DNA of 64,000 nt from Gemmatimonadota bacterium (GTDB taxonomy: Bacteria > Gemmatimonadota > Gemmatimonadetes > Gemmatimonadales > GWC2-71-9): contig QHTK01000053.1 of NCBI GenBank assembly GCA_003220795.1, forward strand, positions 15,814-79,813. Direction: 5' to 3'. Shown one piece after another: positions 57,016-64,000 of the stretch. Made by a program: the position numbers and the translations under genes. Every line of letters starts with the position of its first letter. The stretch's first letter is position 1. The notes under the pieces were generated by a model. That model was not told where the DNA came from, did not search any database, and was given only the letters and a program-made list of their open reading frames with translations.

Positions 57016-57612
57016 ATGTCGCAGCCCGTGCCGACCGATGTCCGCGCCCCGACACTGCCGCTCGCCGGAGAGGAGCGGGACTGGGGTGCGCGGATTCGCG
57101 CGGGCGATGCGGCGGCGTTCGAGCGCGCCTTCCGTACCTACCATCCGGCGTTGTGCAAATTCGCCTTCCGCTACGTGCACTCGCGCGACGTCGCGCAGGA
57201 GCTGGTGCACGATGTCTTCGCCACGCTGTGGGAAGAGCGCGGGCGACTGAGCGTCGATAGGCTCAAGAGCTATCTGTACGCCGCCGTGCGCAATCTCGCG
57301 ATCAGCCATCTCCGCCATGAGCTCGTCGAGCGGCGGTGGCGGGAGCGGGCGCCCGCTGGCGCGGCCCCGCTCGACCAGAACGAGGGTGAGCGGCGCCTCG
57401 AAACGGCCGAGCTGGAGGCGGCCGTGGAGCGGGTGCTGGACCGGGTGCCGGAGCGCTGTCGCCTGGCGCTCACGCTGCGCTGGCAGCGCCAGATGAGCTA
57501 CGCCGAAGTCGCGGCCGCCATGGGCATCTCGGTCAAGACCGTCGAGATCTACGTGGGCCGCGGCCTCGCCATCCTGAGAGAGAGCTACCAGAGCCTCGCG
57601 CCGCATCGCTGA
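57016..57612 (+). CDS. RNA polymerase ECF-type sigma-70 factor
   Basis: 198 aa. Region 2 is AFERAFRTYHPALCKFAFRYVHSRDVAQELVHDVF. Region 4 HTH is MSYAEVAAAMGISVKTVEIYVGRGL. Confidence 0.9.
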   Translation: MSQPVPTDVRAPTLPLAGEERDWGARIRAGDAAAFERAFRTYHPALCKFAFRYVHSRDVAQELVHDVFATLWEERGRLSVDRLKSYLYAAVRNLAISHLRHELVERRWRERAPAGAAPLDQNEGERRLETAELEAAVERVLDRVPERCRLALTLRWQRQMSYAEVAAAMGISVKTVEIYVGRGLAILRESYQSLAPHR

Positions 57613-57678
57613 GCCGTCGGGCTCGGCCCCCCTCCACGTCGATAGGGGATTCGGTCCCTCGTCCGCGTCACATCAGTA

Positions 57679-58617
57679 ATGACGGATGAACGGTACTGGG
57701 GCCTGCTCGACCGGTTCCTTGCGGGCGAATGCAGTCCCCCCGAGCGAGCGGCCGTCCTCGAATGGCTCGAAGTCCATCCCTTTGCAGCCGAATACATCGA
57801 GGCGGTGAGGCGTGCGCTCGCGCAGCACGAGGTCAAGCCCTCACCGCGGCGCTGGCCGGGGGCGACCTCACCCGGATTCCGCATCGCCGCCGTGCTGGCT
57901 CTCGTGGCCGGCGCCGCAGCGGTGTGGCGCGTGGAATCGGTGCGTCATGAGCCCGCGATGCGCGAGTTCGCCACCGCCCGAGGGCGTCGCGCCGCCATCG
58001 AGTTCACCGATGGGACGAGGATCGTGCTGAGCGCGGACAGCAAGCTCCGCGTGCCGGCGGACTACGGCGTGACGGCGCGAGCCGTCTATCTCGCAGGAGA
58101 GGCGTACTTCGCTATCGCGCACGACGCTGCCAAGCCCTTCGCGGTACACGCCGGGCCAGGGGTCATCTGGGACCTGGGCACGCGGTTCGGGGTGCGGGCC
58201 TACGCGGACGAGCCGGAGGTAGAGGTCGTCGTGGCGGCTGGGAAGGTGCGGGTACGCGGCGCCGGCAACCCTGACTCGGCGGGCCAGGTGGTGAACGGCG
58301 GGGAGCTGAGCCGCCTCGATCACACGGGCGTGGCGAGCCCGCCGAGACGCGTGGACACCCGACGCTACCTCGCGTGGACCGAGGGGCGCCTCGCATTTCA
58401 GGATGCGCCGTTGCGGGACGTGCTGCCGCAGCTGGCCCGCTGGTACGACGTGGACTTGACGCTCGGGTCGCCATCGCTGGGCGACCGGCACGTCACGCTG
58501 TCGGTGCGCGGCGAGCCGGTGGCGCAGGTGCTCGACGCCATCGCGCTGTTGGCGCATGCCCGGTACGAGCGCGCCGGGCGGAGCGTGACCTTCTACCCGA
58601 CCAAGCCCGAGCGCTAA
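57679..58617 (+). CDS. FecR family anti-sigma factor / sensor
   Basis: 312 aa. The N-terminal anti-sigma region is followed by one hydrophobic helix (IAAVLALVAGAAAV). FecR-like periplasmic domain (ITLSDGTRI-type: EFTDGTRIVLSADSKL; GEAYFAIAHD; FAVHAG). It lies between the ECF sigma and SusC genes. Confidence 0.85.
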   Translation: MTDERYWGLLDRFLAGECSPPERAAVLEWLEVHPFAAEYIEAVRRALAQHEVKPSPRRWPGATSPGFRIAAVLALVAGAAAVWRVESVRHEPAMREFATARGRRAAIEFTDGTRIVLSADSKLRVPADYGVTARAVYLAGEAYFAIAHDAAKPFAVHAGPGVIWDLGTRFGVRAYADEPEVEVVVAAGKVRVRGAGNPDSAGQVVNGGELSRLDHTGVASPPRRVDTRRYLAWTEGRLAFQDAPLRDVLPQLARWYDVDLTLGSPSLGDRHVTLSVRGEPVAQVLDAIALLAHARYERAGRSVTFYPTKPER

Positions 58618-58654
58618 TGCCGAGCCAAACACCTTGGTTCACGGAGCAAATCGC

Positions 58655-61600
58655 ATGAGACACAGACTCCTTACAGCCTTGGCCTCCGGAGCGACGCTCG
58701 CGTTCTTGCCCGTCGCTGCGTTGGAGGCAGCGCAGGGGCCGGACGCCGACAGCTTGACGACGCTGGTGGCGGCGGCGAGCTGGGTTCCCACTCGGGGCGT
58801 GGCGGTCGCGCCGCTGCGGCGCTCGATCGCGCTCGATCTCAAGGACGTGCGCATCAAGCAGGCGCTCCAGGAGATCGAGCGGCGCGGAGGCATCGAAATC
58901 GCGTACGGCGATGACGTGCTCCGCGCGCAGGCCCGGGTGTCGCTTCAGGCCGAGCAGATCACGGTCCAGGATGCGGTGGTCACCGCCCTGGCAGGCACTG
59001 GGTTGGAAGCGTTCGTCTCGCTGCGAGGGACGACCATACTCGTGCGCGCTGGATCGGCAGTGGCGCAGGGCGACTCATTGACGGGCCGCGTCACCGACAC
59101 CACCGGCGCCGCCCTGGCGGGCGTCCGCGTCAGTGTCGTGGGCACGCGGTTCGGCGCCGTGACGGGGCCGGGCGGCCGTTACGTCATCGCCGAGGTGCCA
59201 CCCGGGACGTACCGCGTGCAGGCGCGGCTGATCGGGTACGCGGTGGCGGAAGTGGCGAGTCTCGTCCTCACCGCCGGCCAGACCGCAACCGCCGATTTCC
59301 GGCTCGTCCCGCAGGCGATCGAGCTGAACCCGATCGTGGCGGTGGGTTATGGGGAGCAACGGAAAGCGACGCTGACGGGCTCAGTCAGCGCCGTCTCCGG
59401 CGAACAAGTCCAGGGTGTTCCCACCGTCAACCTGTCGAACACGCTGGCCGGCCAGCTGCCGGGTCTGGTGACCGTGAATCAGAGCGGCGAGCCCGGGTAC
59501 GACGGGGCGACCATCCGGATTCGGGGCAACCACACGCTGAACGACAACAGCGCGCTCATCGTGATCGACGGCGTAGCGGATCGGGTCGGCGGCCTCGAGC
59601 GGCTCGACCCGCAGGACATCGAAAGCATCAGCATCCTGAAAGACGCCTCAGCGGCGATCTACGGCGCCCGCGCGGCCAACGGCGTCATCCTCGTCACCAC
59701 GAAGCGCGGGCGTAGCGGTGCCGCGCAGCCACCGCAGCTCACGCTGACCATCAATCAGGGCGTCAACCACCCCACGCGGATTCCCCAGATGGCGGACGCC
59801 GCGACGTACATGACGATGCTCAACGAGATCAACATGTACCGCAACCTGCCACCCGCCTACACGGCGGATCAGATTCAGAAGACCCAGGCGGGCGCCGATC
59901 CCTGGCTCTATCCCAACACCGACTGGTTCGGCGCGGTCATCAAGCCCGTGTCGCTGCAGACTCGAGGGAACGTCGCCCTGCGGGGCAGCGGGGAGCGGAT
60001 CGGGTATTACCTCTCGTTGGGCGGTCTGACCGAGGACGGCTACTACCGCAACAGCGCCACCCGGTACAACCAGTACAGCTTCCGCAGCAACATCGACGGC
60101 CGGGTCACGGACCACCTGAGCCTGCGGTTCGACGTGACGGGTCGTCTCGAGGACCGCAATTTCCCGAACCGAAGCGCGGGCGACATCTTTCGCGCGCTCA
60201 TGCGCGGCAAGCCCAACCTGCCCGCGTACTGGCCGAACGGGCTGCCGGGACCCGACATCGAGTTCGGAAACAACCCGGTCGTGATCGCGACCCCGGCGAC
60301 GGGATACGACAAGGACCAGCGAGACTACGTCCAGGGCACGCTGGGCGTGGACTTCAAGGTGCCGGGGATCAGCGGTCTGACGCTGCGTGGCAATGCGGCC
60401 TACGACAACCTCTTCCGGTCCGAGAAGCAGTGGCGGACGCCCTGGACGCTCTACACCTGGGCCAATCAGGCGCGCGACGCGAACGGCCAGCCGATACTGC
60501 TGGCCGCTTCGCGGGGATATAGCACTCCCGAGCTCAACCAGAATGACCGGAGGGGTACGAGTATCCTCCTGAACCTCGTCGCCGAGTACCGCCGCAACGT
60601 CGGGCCGCACACGGTCGGGATCCTGGGCGGCGTGGAGCGACAGACCGCGGACAGCGAGTACGTCAGTGCCTTCCGGAAGAACTACGTCACGGATCAGATC
60701 GACCAGATCAACGCCGGCGGTGATGCCGAGAAGAACAACAGTGGCAGCGCCTTCGTTGCGGCGCGGCAAAACTATTTCACTCGTCTCAACTACGCCTTCC
60801 AAGACAAGTACCTCCTCGAGTTCGTCGCGCGTTACGACGGCTCGTACATCTTCCCGGCCGATCAGCGCTTCGGCTTCTTCCCCGGCGTCTCGGCGGGATG
60901 GCGCATTTCGGAAGAGCCGTTCTTCCGCAAGCACGTCCCGCTGTTCGACGACCTGAAGCTCCGCGCCTCGTGGGGCAAGACGGGTAACGACCGGATCGAC
61001 CAGTGGCAGTACCTCGCTACCTACGGCATCGGCGGCGGGTACGTCTTCGGCGTCAACCAGGCGGTGAACAGCATCTTTCAGACGCGGACACCCAACCCGA
61101 ACGTCACCTGGGAGGTCGCGAAGCAGCTCGACGTCGGGATCGAAGCTCGCCTCCTCCACAACCGCCTCTCGTTCGAGTTCGACCGCTTCACCGAGCGGCG
61201 GAGCAACATCCTGTGGTTTCGAAACGCTTCGGTGCCTCAGACCGCCGGTCTGAGCCTGCCGCGTGAGAACATCGGGGAGGTCGCCAACCGGGGCTACGAC
61301 GGCTCGATCACCTGGCGTCAGCAACTCGCCGGCGACGTCTCCTACGAGGTCACATTCAACGGCGGGTACGCCCAGAACAGGATCCTGTTTTGGGACGAGA
61401 CTCCCGGAGCGCCGCCGTGGCAGCGGTCCACGGGCTACCGGATGAACACCGGTCTGTATTACAAGGCGATCGGCGTGTTCAAGGACCAGGCGGCGGTCGA
61501 CGCGTACCCGCACTGGGCCGGCGCCCGGCCCGGAGACATCATTTTCGCGGACGTCGATGCCAACGACACCATCGACGCGCGCGACATGATCCGGATCAAT

Positions 61601-62077
61601 AAGAACGGCGATCCCACCTTCACCGGCGGCCTCAGGCTCGCGGCCCAGGTGAAGAGCTTCGACCTGAGCGTGTTCTTCCACGCCGCGTTCGACGCGGTGC
61701 AGTACTTCCGGACGGAATCGGGCGACATCGGCAACTTCACCCAGGAGTACGCCGCGAATCGCTGGACCCCGGACAATCCCAACGCCCCGGGTCCGCGCAC
61801 CTTCAACCGGACCGACGAATACTGGGTCGCGAATGCGAACACCTATTTCTTGCGCGATGCCAGCTTCATCCGTCTCAAGTCGGTCGAGATCGGATACCAC
61901 TTGCCGGGTCGCATGGCGGCCCGCATGGGCGTGCACGACGTGCGGCTGTACGCCAGTGGATACAATCTGCTGCTGTGGGACAGGTTCAAGATACTGGACG
62001 CCGAGACGCGCGACTCGCAGGGCCAGTACTACCCGCAGCAGCGCGTATTCAATGCCGGCGCGTCCCTAACGTTCTGA
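58655..62077 (+). CDS. SusC/RagA family TonB-linked outer membrane protein with N-terminal STN signalling domain
   Basis: ATG 58655 with GGAG 9 nt upstream. After the signal peptide comes an STN-like domain (LDLKDVRIKQALQEIERRGGIEIAYGDDVL...TVQDAVVTALAGTGLEAFVSLRGTTILV, about nt 58823-59050). Next is a carboxypeptidase-regulatory-like domain, then the plug (ELNPIVAVGYGEQRKATLTGSVSAV). The protein ends ..GASLTF. Confidence 0.9.
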   Translation: MRHRLLTALASGATLAFLPVAALEAAQGPDADSLTTLVAAASWVPTRGVAVAPLRRSIALDLKDVRIKQALQEIERRGGIEIAYGDDVLRAQARVSLQAEQITVQDAVVTALAGTGLEAFVSLRGTTILVRAGSAVAQGDSLTGRVTDTTGAALAGVRVSVVGTRFGAVTGPGGRYVIAEVPPGTYRVQARLIGYAVAEVASLVLTAGQTATADFRLVPQAIELNPIVAVGYGEQRKATLTGSVSAVSGEQVQGVPTVNLSNTLAGQLPGLVTVNQSGEPGYDGATIRIRGNHTLNDNSALIVIDGVADRVGGLERLDPQDIESISILKDASAAIYGARAANGVILVTTKRGRSGAAQPPQLTLTINQGVNHPTRIPQMADAATYMTMLNEINMYRNLPPAYTADQIQKTQAGADPWLYPNTDWFGAVIKPVSLQTRGNVALRGSGERIGYYLSLGGLTEDGYYRNSATRYNQYSFRSNIDGRVTDHLSLRFDVTGRLEDRNFPNRSAGDIFRALMRGKPNLPAYWPNGLPGPDIEFGNNPVVIATPATGYDKDQRDYVQGTLGVDFKVPGISGLTLRGNAAYDNLFRSEKQWRTPWTLYTWANQARDANGQPILLAASRGYSTPELNQNDRRGTSILLNLVAEYRRNVGPHTVGILGGVERQTADSEYVSAFRKNYVTDQIDQINAGGDAEKNNSGSAFVAARQNYFTRLNYAFQDKYLLEFVARYDGSYIFPADQRFGFFPGVSAGWRISEEPFFRKHVPLFDDLKLRASWGKTGNDRIDQWQYLATYGIGGGYVFGVNQAVNSIFQTRTPNPNVTWEVAKQLDVGIEARLLHNRLSFEFDRFTERRSNILWFRNASVPQTAGLSLPRENIGEVANRGYDGSITWRQQLAGDVSYEVTFNGGYAQNRILFWDETPGAPPWQRSTGYRMNTGLYYKAIGVFKDQAAVDAYPHWAGARPGDIIFADVDANDTIDARDMIRINKNGDPTFTGGLRLAAQVKSFDLSVFFHAAFDAVQYFRTESGDIGNFTQEYAANRWTPDNPNAPGPRTFNRTDEYWVANANTYFLRDASFIRLKSVEIGYHLPGRMAARMGVHDVRLYASGYNLLLWDRFKILDAETRDSQGQYYPQQRVFNAGASLTF

Positions 62078-62091
62078 CAGAGACGACAACC

Positions 62092-63864
62092 ATGAGACCA
62101 CACATCCGTATCAGCGCTGCGGTGCTCGTCCTCCTGGGGGTCCCGGCGTGTAACGGGGTCCTGGACCTGACCCCGACGGATCAGTTGTCGGACGCGGCGG
62201 TCTTCGCCGACCCGAAGCTCACCCAAGCCTTTCTGAACGACATGTATCGGGGCATGGGGCACGGTCTCTACGAGATCATGCTGGCCTCGGTATCCGACGA
62301 GACGCATTTCATTCACGACTATCACACGTCGGAGATCGTCACGTCGATCATCACCTCGAGCTACCGGGCCGCCCTGGATGACCCCCGATTCAGTCACTTC
62401 AACTGGTCGAGCAACTTCTCCCGCATCAGGCAGACGAACATCTTCCTCAGCCACATCGATGCGACCACGTTCGACGCGGCCTGGAAGCAGCGGATGAAGG
62501 GAGAAGCGTACTTCCTGCGGGCGTACTTCTATCACAACCTGATGCGGATGTACGGCGGCGTGCCCCTCATCACGAAGGTCTATGGCCTGAACGAGGACTA
62601 CAAGGTCGCGCGGAACAGCTTCAAGGAAACGGTCGACTTCATCGTCGCCAATGCCGACTCCGCGGCCGCGCTGCTCCCGACATCCTATACGGGAGCCGAC
62701 GTCGGCCGGGCGACGAAAGGAGCTGCGCTCGCGCTCAAAGCGCGCGTGCTGCTATACGCGGCAAGCGATCTCTATAACGTGAACCCGAGCGCTAACGCCC
62801 TCACCGGCTACACCACCCCCCAGGATCGCACTGCGCTGTGGCGCGCCGCGAAGAATGCGGCCCAGGCGGTGATGGATCTCGGGAGCTATGGCCTCTTCCG
62901 CCCGACCCCGGCGAGCTCGCAGGAGGCGGCGCAGAACTACGCCGACCTGTTCCTGCAGAAGACCAGTCAAGAGGCCATCATGAGCCGCTTCTTCCTGACC
63001 ACTCGGGACGACGGCGCCTATCCCAACCGTGACGACGGCCCCAACGGCTATCACACCTGGGGCGGGAATACTCCCATCCAGAACCTGGTCGACGACTATC
63101 GGATGGCCGACGGCTCGAAGTTCGATTGGAACAACCCGGCGCATGCCGCCGCGCCCTACCAGAACCGGGATCCCCGCTTCTACGGGTCGATCCTCCACGA
63201 TGGCGCGCCCTGGAGAGCGCGTCCCACCGACGTGAAAAACCTCGACCCCGCCGGCACGATCCAGACGTTCCGGCAGCTCAAACTCTCGGACGGAAGCGTG
63301 GTGGCCGGCCTCGACACCCGGGACAGCCCGGTCGAGAACTGGAACGGCGCCTACTCCGGCTACTACCTCCGGAAGTTCATCGATCCCTCCCTCAACGCTC
63401 AGTTCACCCGGCAGGAAGTGCCCTGGATCTTCTTCCGGTACGCCGAGGTGCTGCTGAACTACGCCGAGGCCTCGATAGAGCTCAACGAGCTGGGGGACGC
63501 GGTCAACGTCCTGAACCAGATCCGGCTCCGGGCGGGGATGCCGCCGTTCTCAGCCGGGCTGGGCCAGGCGGCCCTGCGGGACGAGTACCGCAACGAGCGA
63601 CGCGTCGAGATGGTGTTCGAAGAGCAGCGCTTCTTCGACGTGCGCCGCTGGATGATCGCGCCCGCAGTGTTAAGCAAGGTCGCGGGCGGCATCAACATCT
63701 TCGTCGAGGGGACCAGCAGTACCGACCGGAGCACCTGGAAGAACTACCGGTACGTGATCGACACGATTCAGGCACGGGCATGGGACAACAAGTTGTATTT
63801 CATGCCGATCCATATTAATGAAATGAACCGGAACGGCTTGCTCACCCAGAATCCCGGCTACTGA
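62092..63864 (+). CDS. RagB/SusD family nutrient uptake outer membrane lipoprotein
   Basis: ATG 62092 with signal and lipobox VLVLLGVPAC. SusD-like segments are GEAYFLRAYFYHNLMRMYGGVPLI, RYAEVLLNYAEASIE, NERRVEMVFEEQRFFDVRRW and GLLTQNPGY. Confidence 0.9.
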   Translation: MRPHIRISAAVLVLLGVPACNGVLDLTPTDQLSDAAVFADPKLTQAFLNDMYRGMGHGLYEIMLASVSDETHFIHDYHTSEIVTSIITSSYRAALDDPRFSHFNWSSNFSRIRQTNIFLSHIDATTFDAAWKQRMKGEAYFLRAYFYHNLMRMYGGVPLITKVYGLNEDYKVARNSFKETVDFIVANADSAAALLPTSYTGADVGRATKGAALALKARVLLYAASDLYNVNPSANALTGYTTPQDRTALWRAAKNAAQAVMDLGSYGLFRPTPASSQEAAQNYADLFLQKTSQEAIMSRFFLTTRDDGAYPNRDDGPNGYHTWGGNTPIQNLVDDYRMADGSKFDWNNPAHAAAPYQNRDPRFYGSILHDGAPWRARPTDVKNLDPAGTIQTFRQLKLSDGSVVAGLDTRDSPVENWNGAYSGYYLRKFIDPSLNAQFTRQEVPWIFFRYAEVLLNYAEASIELNELGDAVNVLNQIRLRAGMPPFSAGLGQAALRDEYRNERRVEMVFEEQRFFDVRRWMIAPAVLSKVAGGINIFVEGTSSTDRSTWKNYRYVIDTIQARAWDNKLYFMPIHINEMNRNGLLTQNPGY

Positions 63865-63871
63865 GCGCACG

Positions 63872-64000
63872 ATGACGCGAGCCTGCCGCTGGCTGCTCGT
63901 CGTCGCGTTCGGGCTCGCGTGTGGGCGGGCCGCGTCGTCGCCGCCGCAGGGTACCACGCCGGGCACGGGAGCAGTCGCCACTGTCGTCCCGAGCGAGACC
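63872..64000 (+). CDS. hypothetical lipoprotein, 5' fragment (runs off window end)
   Basis: ATG 63872 lies 7 nt after the SusD stop. It translates to MTRACRWLLVVAFGLACGRAASSPPQGTTPG.. (signal plus lipobox L-A-C). Its position is typical of PUL surface glycan-binding lipoproteins. Only 43 codons are visible. Confidence 0.4.
   Translation, partial: MTRACRWLLVVAFGLACGRAASSPPQGTTPGTGAVATVVPSET

Overview
The window is a very GC-rich, gene-dense (about 47 CDS) carbohydrate-utilisation region. It has three SusC/SusD-type outer-membrane pairs, and this combination with high GC most resembles Gemmatimonadota or another high-GC FCB-group bacterium; that assignment is inference only. I found no rRNA, tRNA, CRISPR array, transposase, integrase or phage genes. 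I read six main transcription blocks.

1. **364-1401 (-):** a lone Gfo/Idh/MocA oxidoreductase.
2. **1474-11721 (+):** nine genes. These are a Tat-signal small subunit plus GMC flavoprotein, an MFS transporter, Gfo/Idh/MocA, DUF993, a TIM-barrel isomerase, DUF2264 and a GH95-like hydrolase.
3. **11732-19676:** a ROK regulator divergent from SusC/SusD/GH97.
4. **19885-28313 (-):** SusC/SusD/GH43/GH2.
5. **28429-32910 (+):** mutarotase, two alginate-lyase-family proteins and a Tat-signal TIM-barrel protein.
6. **32911-53895 (-):** a 21-kb, 19-gene co-directional array with almost no intergenic DNA. It strings together hexuronate catabolism (UxaB-like, Eda, KdgK, UxuA, MFS), the complete non-phosphorylative L-fucose pathway, GH29 fucosidase, LutABC lactate oxidation, a CUT2 ABC transporter split into two parts, and a heparinase II/III-family protein.

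After these come KorAB (53943-56815) and an ECF sigma / FecR anti-sigma / STN-domain SusC / SusD unit (57016-63864).

I see no obvious defence, toxin or secretion system. The least ordinary things are:
- Small repeat elements embedded in reading frames at gene junctions: a 28-bp perfect palindrome present twice, and an inverted GGAACGC heptamer array.
- A 110-bp inverted-repeat element between convergent genes.
- The extreme operon fusion and split transporter.
- A periplasmic-oxidase / cytoplasmic-enzyme module of unknown substrate.

All product calls come from reading motifs by eye in the supplied translations. No database search was run.
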